A program made the position numbers and the translations under genes. This document shows positions 34,844 to 45,809 of a stretch of DNA of 64,000 nt, one piece after another. Numbering within the stretch: position 1 is the stretch's first letter; every line of letters starts with the position of its first letter. The stretch is from Gekko japonicus (Eukaryota), in NCBI RefSeq assembly GCF_001447785.1, contig NW_015165353.1, positions 1 through 64,000 on the forward strand, read 5' to 3'. The notes below the pieces were generated by a model that saw nothing but the letters and a program-made list of their open reading frames with translations, ran no database searches and was not told where the DNA came from.

Positions 34844-35038
34844 TTGTGATTTCTTTATTGCCCCGTGTTCTAGGGAACGTTCCACTGGCTTATATGACTG
34901 TGGAAATGCTTTTTGCTGAATTGTCCTTCATATTTTTTAAATTTATGAATTTCTCCTCTCTGTTGCTTCACTGTGTTTCTCTTTTTGGAGATGTCTATCA
35001 CTGCTAGATAAGTGTCATTTAGGAACAGTGCGTGTATA

Positions 35039-35623
35039 AAACGAAGTACTTCTTCACCCAAAGAGTGATTCACACTTGGAATTCACTGCAACAGGAAGTG
35101 GTGGCGGCCAGTGTTCCCTCTAAGCTGAGTTAGTGTGAACTAGCTCACAGTTTTTTAGCCTCCAGCTCACACGGTTTTGTCTTAGCTCAGGAAGGGATGG
35201 CTCCAGAGCAACCTAATTTGTGCAGTAGCCAAGTCACTCGCTCACAACCTTAATGCCAGTTGCTCCCTAAGTAGGATTTTTGCTCACAAGACTCCACAGC
35301 TTAGAGGGAACATTGGTGGCGGCTACAAGCATGGACGGCTTCAAAAGGGAATTAGATAAGCATATGGAGCAGAGGTCCATCAGTGGCTATTAGCCACAAG
35401 GTATAGATAGGGGCTCTGGGGCAAGTGATGCTCTGTCTTCTTGGTGCTTGGGGGGGTCAACAGTGGGAGAGCTTCTAATGTCCTGGAGCCACTGGTGGAC
35501 CTCCTGATGGCACCTGGTATTTCTGGCCACTGTGTGATACAGAGTGCTGTTGTGTGTAAACAAGAGCATCCAACACATTGATCAATCCCCTGATCCAACA
35601 TTGGCATCTCTTATGTTCTTATG
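35039..35623 (+). mobile_element. CR1 3' fragment interrupted by a hAT MITE (35109-35315, perfect TSD GTGGCGGC)
   Basis: Matches 880-1226. MITE TIR CAGTGTTCCCTCTAAGCTG. Confidence 0.9.
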
Positions 35624-36599
35624 TATTTGCAATCAGTACATGATATTTAGCTCTTACTTTTCCATATTCTTTGGGTTTTCCCTTTATCATCCCTGTTCTT
35701 TTCCTCAGTAGTCTGCTCTCCTTGCTGTCAGATCCTATACCTAAGACCCACGAAAGGTTTTTCCCTTGAGCCGACCATGCTTTTGAAGCTCTCTCATCCT
35801 TCTTCTTTGTTGGTCCTGTGCCCCTCTTTCCATTGGACCTTCCACAGATCCTTTACTCTAGCCCATTTTCCCAAGCCCGTTACTGAATGGTGGGACTCTT
35901 TCTTCAACCCTCCTGCCTCCTGGTCATTAGGTTTATGACTTTCTGAAGCTTATTACCCTTAAGGCTGATTCCTGACTTTGTGAGAAAATTGCAACTTCTC
36001 CATGTAATCCAGAATGTCACACAATAAAGTTATGAAGTCTTAGTCATATTTTTGCTTTTTCATACACTTATATCCATGTGGCTGGGAATACAGGCTTTTT
36101 AAAATGCGGGCATGTTATCCACACATTTCGTAGGCGCTTTATATTTCCCTAATTTGGTATGGATCTCCCCTAAGATTGCTGTTAACGTATTCTTCTTGTA
36201 CCTTAGTTCAGTTGAGCCCAGTTCCTTGACCACAGTCACAGTGAGCTGCAAACAAACTCCTCTCAGGCTTCTTTCTGCCTTCCCTCTATTTCCTGGGGAG
36301 CCACAGCGATGCCAGCCCTGATCGCTGAGCTCTTCAAGGTGTACAAGCATTGTTAGACTTGGAAAGGGGCAGTCTCTTAGGATGGGGGAACAGAGCAAAA
36401 CAGTTGCCAAGAATTTCTGGTTAGTGTGAAAGTGAGAGAAGGAAAACAGAGGGGGTGAGAGATTCTGAGGGCAGCTTATCAGGAAATGTTTGGAATGAAG
36501 AATAGATCCAGGAGACAAGAACAAAGCAAGCTGCAAGGAAGATGGAGGAAAACCTCACTCAAATGGAAGCAGAATTGGAGCAGCCTTGGAGCCTTGATC

Positions 36600-36902
36600 A
36601 CTGCCACAGGAGGTGGTGGCAGCTTCAAGCATGGACGGCTTCAAGCGGGAATTAGATAAGCATCTGGAGCAGAGGTCCATCAGCGGCTATTAGCCGCAAG
36701 GTATAGATAGGAACCCCGGGGCAAGTGATGCTCTGTATTCTTGGTGCTTGGGGGGTGGGCAACAGTGGGAGGGCTTCTAGTGTCCTGGCCCCACTGCTGG
36801 ACCTCCTGGTGGCACCTGGTATTTTTGGCCACTGTGTGACAGAGGGTTGGACTGGGTGGGCCATTGGCCTGATCCAACATTGGCTTCTCTTATATTCTTA
36901 TG
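36600..36902 (+). mobile_element. CR1 3' fragment
   Basis: Matches 920-1226. Confidence 0.85.
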
Positions 36903-37744
36903 GAGGGAGGGAGTGATGTTCTCATGTCTGAGTGGAGACTGGCACCGAAGGGAGTCCATCCTAGCAGAGGCTGCTCTTTGAAACCAGAAGAACTTCAAGT
37001 TCTGGCGTTCAGGGAGAAGGCATCAAAAGCAACAGTCAAGACACTACTGGCCCTCTTTCTATTTGTGTGCATGTAAAAGAGTGACCGTGATGGTGCGGAG
37101 AGAATGGCAGAGCTGTTGAAGTACTGGAAACAGAGGTGGAACAAGCTGGGGTTTTTTTGGAGGGGGGATTTAATTTGGGTATTTGAGTTGTTGAGTTGGC
37201 AGTATTATTTTTTAACAGAATCTAAAGAAAACTAGTATATGTCGATACACGACTCAGTTACATATTAAAGTTCCATGAGACCATACATCTAGGGTTCAAC
37301 ACCACTTTTAGAGAAAATTCCAGAAATGACGCCAGTGTGTAGCATGCAGCATACCTCAGTTCTTCACTACTGGGCAATCCGTTGTGTCCAGTTATTGAAA
37401 AATAAAAAGAAACTTTAAACAAATTGAGGAAAAATAGTTGGAGCATGAAAGGAACCCGACTAAATTGTACCAGATAGCAAAACCAAATGAAGTTTCTAGT
37501 CCACTCTTGACTTCTAATCTAAAGAGCAGTTACCCTTAAGGTGGCAACCTGTAATGGAGTCAGGATCTCCCCTTCACATTAAAGTGTCTGCTACACTACA
37601 AGAACACGCCTTCAGAGCAAGGTTGGTGCCGTTTCTACTCCAAACTCATGATTCTCCCCCCCCCCCAGAAGATTGTCTAGATGGCTGCTTTTCATTCCTT
37701 TCTGGGGGGAAAAACTGTGTTTGTCGATATATGGTTAGGAACAC

Positions 37745-38051
37745 GTTTTTTGTTGTTGTTGTTCAGTCGCACAGTTGAGTCCGACTCCTTGCGACCCCAT
37801 GGACCAGATCACGCCAGGCCTTCCGGTCTTCCGACGTCCTCTGAAGTTTGCTCAACTTCATGTTCGTTGCATCTATGACACTGTCTAACCATCTCATCCT
37901 TTGCCGTCCCTGTCTTCTTTGACCTTCAATCTTTCCCAGCATCAGGGTCTTCTCCAGTGACACTGTCTAACCATCTCATCCTTTGCCGTCCCTGTCTTCT
38001 TTGACCTCCAATCTTTCCCAGCATCAGGGTCTTCTCCAGTGCGTGCTCCCT
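37745..38051 (-). mobile_element. RTE-BovB 3' fragment with an internal 82-bp tandem duplication (37876-37957 / 37958-38039)
   Basis: ORF 37763-37963 (-) SLEKTLMLGKIEGQRR...HGVARSRTQLCD and a (CAA)n tail. Confidence 0.9.
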
Positions 38052-38132
38052 TAAAATCACCAAAATCACACACACACACACCCCATTAGGAAATCAGAAG
38101 CAGCCCTTGCAGTCCTCCATTTTTCTCCAAAA

Positions 38133-38220
38133 ATCTAGTAACTAACAACATCTAGTAACTAACAACATCTAGTAACTAACAACATCTAGTAACTAACAAC
38201 ATCTAGTAACTAACAACATC
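38133..38220 (+). repeat. 17-bp minisatellite x5
   Basis: ATCTAGTAACTAACAAC x5. Only two units at the paralogous site, about 55760. Confidence 0.9.
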
Positions 38221-39254
38221 AATAGTTGCCCATAAAATTGGGATCTTTCACCTGTGTCCATGGAACTTAGTACTGATGATCCATTGGGTGATGAGGATTT
38301 AATTGGGATGGAAAACAAACAAATTATAGTTTAACTGCATTATCCTATTGAAAACAGCTGGAAATGAAAGCTGAAAAACAAATAAATGAGGATCTTTTTA
38401 AAAAGCAAAACAAAATGGAATTTAAAAAACCTCCAAAACTCTGTTTTATTGAGTCCAGAACCAAAAAAAACCTGTTCCTTTCGGGGTAAGGTTGGCCTAT
38501 GCAGGACAAATGAAATCCCTCTTTGCCTGGCTGGCCCAGCATCAAGATCCCATCTCCTCTGAAGTGACTTTCAATTTGTTGTTGTTGGCTTTAATGGTTT
38601 TAAAATGTTATTTTATCATATATGTTTTAATCTGTTAGCAGCCTTGGTGGACCAGTGAGAGTGGAAAGGTGGGGTACAAATTTTCTAAAATCAATCCATC
38701 AATCGATAAATAGAAGATAGTCGTACAGTGAGGGGGACCCTCCCTCTTCTCCCTGCTGCCGCCCAGTGAAGCAGTGGGAGAAATTGTGGGGCCAAAGCTG
38801 GCATTGCCATGATGCCGGGCAATGCATTACCTCACCCCCCAAAGGTCCCAGGGGTTGAAGCCCCACTGGCTGGCAACCCAACCCACTGTGCTCGGTAGCT
38901 GACATTTGGGGGTGGGGCTGCTGAGTAAATCAGCAGAGACATATGTTGCATTTTTAGATGTACGACTAGTCTGGTGTGTGTAAACAAGAGCATTGAACAC
39001 ATTGATCAAGAGGGTGTGACTGGCTGCAGTTGCATTCAGTAAGTGTGTATGTTGTATGCATAAAGTGTAAAATGGCTGAGAGATATTTATGCAAATCATT
39101 GCTCACTATTGCTATTTATTAATAAACCTTAAAATAAAACATTAAGTTGTCCAAAAGTAACTTAGACGAGAATCTTACATTTGTGTACATAGGGGAGGGG
39201 GAGTAGTGGGGAATGACTTTGCACGTGCATTCTAAAAGGCAGAGTAAGATAGTA

Positions 39255-39373
39255 CCGTGTTTCCCCGAAAATTATTTTTTCTCAAAAAGACACATTAGGG
39301 CTTATACCACAAATGCATAGAAATCCTGCTAGGGCTTATTTTGGGGGTAGGTCTTATTTTCGGGAAAACAGGG
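39255..39373. mobile_element. Tc1/mariner-type (Tigger-like) MITE
   Basis: CCGTGTTTCCCCGAAAAT...ATTTTCGGGAAAACAGGG flanked by TA on both sides. Absent from paralogous promoters. Confidence 0.75.
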
Positions 39374-39420
39374 TAGTCAAGCTTCCCCCCAAAGTTTGAG
39401 TTCTGGTCTTTCTAGTAGGT

Positions 39421-39436
39421 CCACAAGAGAGCAGTA
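39421..39436 (+). promoter_or_regulatory. Mutated CSE of an orphan B-type promoter
   Basis: CCACAAGAGAGCAGTA followed by TTGGCAAACAGAT, then the BovB element instead of a coding exon. Confidence 0.65.
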
Positions 39437-39459
39437 TTGGCAAACAGATCAGTTGCAAC

Positions 39460-42400
39460 TCCCCCTCATGGATCACTGCCTTGTCGTGGCGAGGGGGCTT
39501 GCGCAGTTCAATGAAGCTGTGGGCTATGCCGTGAAGGGCCACCCAAGACGGACAGGCCACAGCAGAGAACTCAGACCAAGCGTGATCCACCTGGAGAAGG
39601 AAATGGCAACCCACTCCAGTATGTTTGCCAAGAAAACCCCATGGACAGTATCAAAAGGCTAAAAGATATGACGCCGGAAGATGAGCCCCTCAGGTCGGAA
39701 GGTGTCCAATATGCTACTGAGGAAGAGCAGAGGACAAGTACAAGTAACCCCAGAAAGAGTGAAGCGGCTGGGCCAAAGCCGAAAGGACGCTCAGTTGTGG
39801 ATGTGTCTGATGGTGAAAGGAAAGTCCGATGCTGCAAAGAACAATACTGCATAGGAACCTGGAATGTAAGATCTATGAATCAAGGTAAGCTTGACGTGGT
39901 CAAAAATGAGATGGCAAGACTGAACATCGATATCCTAGGAATCAGTGAACTAAAGTGGACAGGAATGGGCGAATTTAACTCAGAAGACCATTATATCTAC
40001 TACTGTGGCCAGGAATCTCGTAGAAAAAATGGTGTGGCCTTTATAGTCAACAAGAGAGTGCAAAAGGCAGTACTGGGATACAATCTCAAAAATGACAGAA
40101 TGATTTCTGTCCGATTCCAAGGCAAACCATTCAACATCACAGTAATCCAAGTCTATGCCCCAACCACTGATGCAGAAGAGGCTGAAGTGGACCGGTTCTA
40201 TGAAGACCTACAACACCTCCTAGAACTAACACCAAAAAATGATGTCCTCATCATCATAGGGGACTGGAATGCTAAAGTAGGAAGTCAAAAGGTAACTGGA
40301 ATAACAGACAAGTTTGGCCTTGGAAAGCAAAATGAAGCAGGGCAAAGGTTAACAGAGTTTTGTCAAGAGAACACACTGGTCATAGCGAACACCCTTTTCC
40401 AACAACCTAAGAGGCGACTCTACACATGGACATCACCAGATGGGCAACACCGAAATCAGATTGACTATATAATTTGCAGTCAAAGATGGAGAAGCTCTAT
40501 CCAGTCAGTAAAAACAAGACCTGGAGCTGACTGTGGTTCAGATCATGAGCTACTCATTGCAAAATTCAGACTTAAACTGAAGAAAATTGGGAAAACCACG
40601 AGGCCATTCAGGTTTGACCTAGATCGCATCCCTGATGAATATACAGTAGAGGTGAAGAATAGATTCAAGGGTCTGGATTTGATAGATAGAGTGCCTGAAG
40701 AACTATGGACAGAGGTTCGTGACATCGTACAGGAGGCAGCAATCACCACCATACCAAAGAAAAAGAAATGCAAGAAAGCAAAATGGCTTTCTGATGAGGC
40801 TTTACAAATAGCAGAGGAAAGAAGGAAAGCGAAAGGCAAAGGCGAAAAGGAAAGATTTACCCAACTGAACGCAGATTTCCAGAGAACAGCAAGGAGAGAT
40901 AAGGAGGCCTTCCTGAATGAACAGTGCAAAGTAATAGAAGAAAACAATAGAATGGGAAGGACTAGAGATCTCTTCAAGAAAATTGGAGAAATCAAGGGAG
41001 CGTTCCATGCAAAGCTGGCCATGATAAAGGACAAAAACGGTAGGGACCTAACAGAAGCAGAAGAGATTAGGAAAAGATGGCAAGAATACACAGAAGAACT
41101 ATACAAGAAAGACCTCAATGTCCTTGACAAACACGACGGTATAATCACTGACCTTGAGCCAGACATCCTGGAATGTGAAGTTAAATGGGCCTTAGAAAGC
41201 ATTACTAACAACAAAGCTAGTGGAGGTGATGGTATTCCAGCTGAGCTATTCAAAGTCTTAGAAGATGATGCTGTTAAAGTTCTGCACTCCATTTGCCAGC
41301 AAATTTGGAAAACGCAACAGTGGCCACAGGATTGGAAAAGATCAGTATACATTCCAATCCCAAAGAAGGGCAATGCCAAGGAATGTTCAAACTATCGCAC
41401 AATTGCACTCATATCACACGCTAGCAAGGTCATGCTCAAGATCCTACAAGCTAGGCTTCAACAGTACGTGGATAGAGAACTACCAGAAGTACAAGCTGGG
41501 TTTCGAAGAGGTAGAGGAACGAGAGATCATATTGCCAACATTCGCTGGATTATGGAGAAAGCAAGAGAGTACCAGAAAAATATCTACTTCTGCTTCATTG
41601 ACTATGCTAAAGCCTTTGACTGTGTGGATCACAACAAACTATGGCAGGTCCTTAAAGAGATGGGAGTACCAGACCACCTCACATGTCTCTTGAGAAACCT
41701 GTATAAGGGCCAAGAAGCGACAGTTAGAACCGGATACGGAACAACTGATTGGTTCAGCATAGGAAAAGGAGTACGACAAGGATGTATACTGTCACCTTGC
41801 TTATTTAATATATATGCAGAGTACATCATGCGAAATGCTGGCCTGGATGAATCACAAGCGGGAATTAAGATTGCTGGGGAAAAGATCAACAACCTCAGAT
41901 ATGCAGATGATACCACTCTAATGGCTGAAAGTGAAAAGGATCTAAAGAGCCTCTTGCTCAGAGTAAAAGAGGAGAGCGCAAAAGTGGGCTTGAAGCTCAA
42001 CATCAAAAAAACTAAGATCATGGCATCCGGCCCCATCACTCCTTGGCAAATAGAAGGGGAAGCTGTGGAAGTAGTGACAGACTTCACGTTCCTGGGATCC
42101 CAGATCACCGCAGACTGTGACTGCAGCCATGAAATTAAAAGACGCCTGCTCCTTGGGAGGAAAGCGATGGCGAACCTAAACAGCATGATAAAAAGTAGAG
42201 ACATCACCCTGCCAACAAAAGTCCGCATGGTCAAAGCAATGGTATTCCCAGTAGTCATGTATGGCTGCGAGAGCTGGACTATAAGGAAGGCCGAGCGCCG
42301 AAGAATAGATTCTTTTGAACTATGGTGCTGGAGAAGACTCTTGAGAGTCCCTTGGACTGCAAGAAGAACAAATCAGTCAATCCTCAAAGAAATCAACCCT

Positions 42401-42557
42401 GACTGTTCCCTGGAAGGCCAGATAATGAAACTGAAGCTCAAATACTTTGGCCACCAAATGAGAAGGGAGCACTCACTGGAGAAGACCCTGATGCTGGGAA
42501 AGATTGAAGGTCAAAGAAGACGGGGACGGCAAAGGATGAGATGGTTAGACAGTGTCA
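39460..42557 (+). mobile_element. Near-full-length RTE-BovB LINE, truncated at its 3' end
   Basis: 5' UTR CATGGATCACTGCCTTG..., uninterrupted ORF. Homology to the other BovB copies stops at GACAGTGTCA (42557), before the normal C-terminus and tail. Confidence 0.95.
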
Positions 42558-42592
42558 AGATTCTTACAGTTTGTGTTCATGGGGGGAGGTAG
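39641..42592 (+). CDS. BovB/RTE AP-endonuclease-reverse transcriptase (983 aa; last residues read into flanking DNA)
   Basis: APE motifs IGTWNVRS, LGISE, GDWNA, QIDYI and SDH. RT motifs YRTIAL, FIDYAKAFD, GVRQGCILSP and YADD. Confidence 0.95.
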   Translation: MDSIKRLKDMTPEDEPLRSEGVQYATEEEQRTSTSNPRKSEAAGPKPKGRSVVDVSDGERKVRCCKEQYCIGTWNVRSMNQGKLDVVKNEMARLNIDILGISELKWTGMGEFNSEDHYIYYCGQESRRKNGVAFIVNKRVQKAVLGYNLKNDRMISVRFQGKPFNITVIQVYAPTTDAEEAEVDRFYEDLQHLLELTPKNDVLIIIGDWNAKVGSQKVTGITDKFGLGKQNEAGQRLTEFCQENTLVIANTLFQQPKRRLYTWTSPDGQHRNQIDYIICSQRWRSSIQSVKTRPGADCGSDHELLIAKFRLKLKKIGKTTRPFRFDLDRIPDEYTVEVKNRFKGLDLIDRVPEELWTEVRDIVQEAAITTIPKKKKCKKAKWLSDEALQIAEERRKAKGKGEKERFTQLNADFQRTARRDKEAFLNEQCKVIEENNRMGRTRDLFKKIGEIKGAFHAKLAMIKDKNGRDLTEAEEIRKRWQEYTEELYKKDLNVLDKHDGIITDLEPDILECEVKWALESITNNKASGGDGIPAELFKVLEDDAVKVLHSICQQIWKTQQWPQDWKRSVYIPIPKKGNAKECSNYRTIALISHASKVMLKILQARLQQYVDRELPEVQAGFRRGRGTRDHIANIRWIMEKAREYQKNIYFCFIDYAKAFDCVDHNKLWQVLKEMGVPDHLTCLLRNLYKGQEATVRTGYGTTDWFSIGKGVRQGCILSPCLFNIYAEYIMRNAGLDESQAGIKIAGEKINNLRYADDTTLMAESEKDLKSLLLRVKEESAKVGLKLNIKKTKIMASGPITPWQIEGEAVEVVTDFTFLGSQITADCDCSHEIKRRLLLGRKAMANLNSMIKSRDITLPTKVRMVKAMVFPVVMYGCESWTIRKAERRRIDSFELWCWRRLLRVPWTARRTNQSILKEINPDCSLEGQIMKLKLKYFGHQMRREHSLEKTLMLGKIEGQRRRGRQRMRWLDSVKILTVCVHGGR

Positions 42593-42712
42593 TAGCAGGA
42601 AAAGACTTTGCACGTGGATTCTAAAAGGCAGAGTAAGAAAGCAGTCAATCTGCTCCAAAAAGTTTGAGAACTTAAAGAGACATGCAAGTTTCATGGTTTT
42701 CTTCTAGTAAGA

Positions 42713-42728
42713 CCACAAGATGGCAGTA
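42713..42728 (+). promoter_or_regulatory. CSE / CTCF-type site of the B3 promoter
   Basis: CCACAAGATGGCAGTA, 269 bp upstream of ATG 42982. Confidence 0.75.
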
Positions 42729-42981
42729 TTAGCAAACAGATGGGCTGCAAATGGCATTTCTGGCATTTCATTTGTAGCACTAGCAAAAACCTAACAGGCA
42801 GAGACACTCTGAATGCAGAGGGAAGGGAGCTGCTGGATAGATGGGAAGACTCGAGGACAAAAAGGAATGGACACAGCAGATCAAAATTAATTATTCCAGG
42901 AAAAGAAGATATCTCTGGATAGTACCCAGCTGCTTCATGTTCTGAAAACCATAAATATCTGACCTGGGAGAGTCTGGCACC

Positions 42982-45184
42982 ATGGAGGATCATTTCAGAA
43001 TCAGAAGAGGTCTGTACCTTTTGTTCTTACTCTCTCTGTCTGGAGTGGTGTGTGTCTCTATTCACTATTGTGCTCCAGAACCCCTTAACAATCTACAGCA
43101 TTGAGATGCAGGTAGAAGATATAAATGACAACTCTCCAGCATTCTCCCAAACTGAACTTAACCTATCTATTCCTGAGAATGCTCCCACAAACACTCGATT
43201 CCCCCTGGAATCTGCCCAAGATACTGATTTGGGCAAAAACACCATCCAGAACTACACCCTCAGTCCCAATGAAAATTTTCACTTGGAAATTCAAAGTGGC
43301 AGGAGTGGAAGGAAACATTTGGAACTTGTTCTGGAGAAACCACTAGACAGGGAGAAAGCGGCTCAGTTGGGGCTGACACTCACAGCTGTTGATGGAGGGG
43401 TGCCCCAGAGAACAGGCACAGTTCAAATCAATATTAATGTTCTGGACACCAATGACAACTTCCCTGAGTTTGCACAATCTGAATACATAGTGAGTTTGAA
43501 GGAAAACAGCCCTCGAGATACTCTGGTCTTGAAAGTGGAAGCCAGAGATTTGGATTTGGGTTCAAATGCAGAGATCACATATTCATTCCATCAGGCGCCT
43601 GAGAAAATAAGCCAATTGTTCCAGTTGCATCAAACTACAGGGGAAATCACTGTTTTGGGTCCAATTGACTATGAAAAAGAAACCAGGTATTATATGAACA
43701 TCAAAGCAACAGATGGAGGGGGCTTCTCAGGCCACTGCAAGGTCCTGGTGGAAATTGAGGATGAGAATGACAATGCCCCAGAAATATCAGTCATAACCAT
43801 CACCAGCCCTTTGGCAGAAGATTCTCCCCTAGATACATTGGTTGTGCTTTTCAGTGTCACAGACCGAGACTCTAGAGACAACGGGAGGACCTCATGCTCT
43901 GTAGGGATACAGTCCCCTTTTCTTTTAAAAACAACACTGAACAATTATTATCAACTTGTGACCCAAAGTCCACTAGACAGAGAGAAAGTCTCTGAGTATA
44001 ACGTCACCATCACAGCTACTGATAAGGGCTCTCCCAAGCTCACTACAGAAAGAACCATTACAGTTTTAATTTCAGACATCAATGACAACTCTCCAGTGTT
44101 TGAGAAGTCCAAGTATGAAATGCAAGTGTGGGAAAACAACATTCCCGGCCTGCTGATGGGTTCGGTCCGTGCTGTCGATCTGGACGTGGAGCAGAATGCC
44201 AAGGTGACCTATTCTCTTGTGCCAGAAAATGCCAGTGGTGCTTCTGCAGCCTCTTATGTTTCCATCAACTCTGAGACGGGGAATCTGTACGTCCTGCGAT
44301 CTCTGGATTATGAGCAGATCAAGGAGTTCCAAGTGAGAGTGAGGGCTTCAGATGGGGGTTCTCCTCCACTGAGCTCAGAGGTTGTTGTTCGAGTTGTGAT
44401 CCTGGATGAAAACGACAATGCCCCCTTCTTCCTCTACCCACTTCAGAACAGCACCTCCCCCTTCAACGAGCTGGTTCCCAAGTCAGTGGAGGCCGGTTAC
44501 CTGGTCGCCAAGGTGGTGGCTGTAGATGGGGATTCGGGCCAGAACTCTTGGCTTTCCTATGAACTGCTGAAGGCCACAGACCCCGGCCTTTTCAGCATAG
44601 GAGCCCAGAACGGAGAAGTCAAAACCAGGAGGCCACTGACAGAGCGAGACACAAACAAGCAGAGACTGATTATCCTGGTGAGAGACAATGGCCACCCTCC
44701 CCAGACCAGCACTGCAACCCTGAATATCCTTCCGGTGGATGGCTTTTCAGATCCTTATCTGAATGTTGCAAGCGTCAGTCATGAAGCTGGTGAGGAAGAC
44801 GGCTCCTTGACCATGTACCTGGTGATCTGCTTGGCTGCGGTGTCCTTTGTGTTCCTGATTTGCATCATTGTGTTTGTTGCCATCAAAGTTCACAAGAAAG
44901 AGTCTAGTTTTATCACCGCCCTTCCTCAGTTCCCACCTGCCTTACCTGAGATCCCTGAAACTGGTGTCGATTCTCAGAGTGGATCACTTTCCCGGACCTA
45001 CCATTATGATGTTTGCCTTACTGGTGGATCCTTAAGCAGCGATTTCAGATACCTTAGGCCTCTCATTCCTGTTTTTTCTGTGGGGGACCCAAATGTCTCT
45101 GAGAATCACAGGATTTCGTCTATCTCTCAAGAGACTTCTGAGCAGGTGGAGGGCCAAAAAGAAAGAGAACAGGTATGTAAATAG
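42982..45184 (+). pseudogene. PCDHB: Protocadherin-beta-type exon B3 with a 224-bp frameshifting deletion of most of EC1
   Basis: At 43066-43070 TATT joins GTGCTCCAGAA, so the equivalent of 52310-52533 is missing (ATT microhomology). The signal-peptide frame stops at 43102-43104. EC2 to tail is still open. Donor CAG|GTATGT after 45172. Confidence 0.9.
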
Positions 45185-45263
45185 CTGGGGGGGGGGCTCC
45201 TTAATTGTCTCATGTCATTCAGAAATTTCAGCTGGGTTATGTTTTGTCAGAATTTTTAATGTT

Positions 45264-45809
45264 GGGGAATTTCACATTACCTGTCTTCTCCCGGTTTTAA
45301 GCCGGGAGTCTTCTGTTTCCAGATGAACCGGTACAGGGCTGCCGTTTCACACACGGCTTGCCCCTACCGGAAAGGAGCCAATTCATAAGCGGTTCGGCGT
45401 TTCACACACGCACCGCTTTGTTTCCCCACTTTTTTTTAAAAGTCCGTCTTATAGCGATATATTGATATACCAGTATTCCAATGTATTCCAATGGGATCGC
45501 TATAGCGTTATATCGATATATCGATATAAGCCGAACGTTCAAAAAAAAAAAAAAGCCCGCGCGGCTGAAAAAAGGCGGGAAAGAACCGTATCGGAACCGG
45601 GAGAGGGAACGGGAGACTCCTCGGAAGCGGTTGACAGGTAAATCGCTTCCCTCCTGGTTCCTATACGGAACAGAGACTTTTGAGTGTGAAATGGCAGTCA
45701 GATCCCGGTAGGGAACCGATTCTCAACCGGGTTCTGTCTGAAATGACAGACCAGCACCCGGATGAGAATCGGTTCCCTACCGGGAGAAAGCACCTGTCTG
45801 AAATTCCCC
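45264..45809. mobile_element. Nested palindromic MITEs (outer GGGGAATTTCA TIR; inner 45337-45699 with GGCTGCCGTTTCACAC TIR), Harbinger-like
   Basis: Two pairs of inverted termini plus a 21-bp internal inverted repeat (45705-45725 / 45763-45783). CpG-rich and absent from paralogous flanks. Confidence 0.7.

Noticed and set aside
38133-38220. Short repeat array resembling CRISPR
   Set aside because: No spacers and eukaryotic context. Simple minisatellite.
40543-42258. 278-aa and 209-aa minus-strand ORFs
   Set aside because: Antisense shadows of the BovB ORF.
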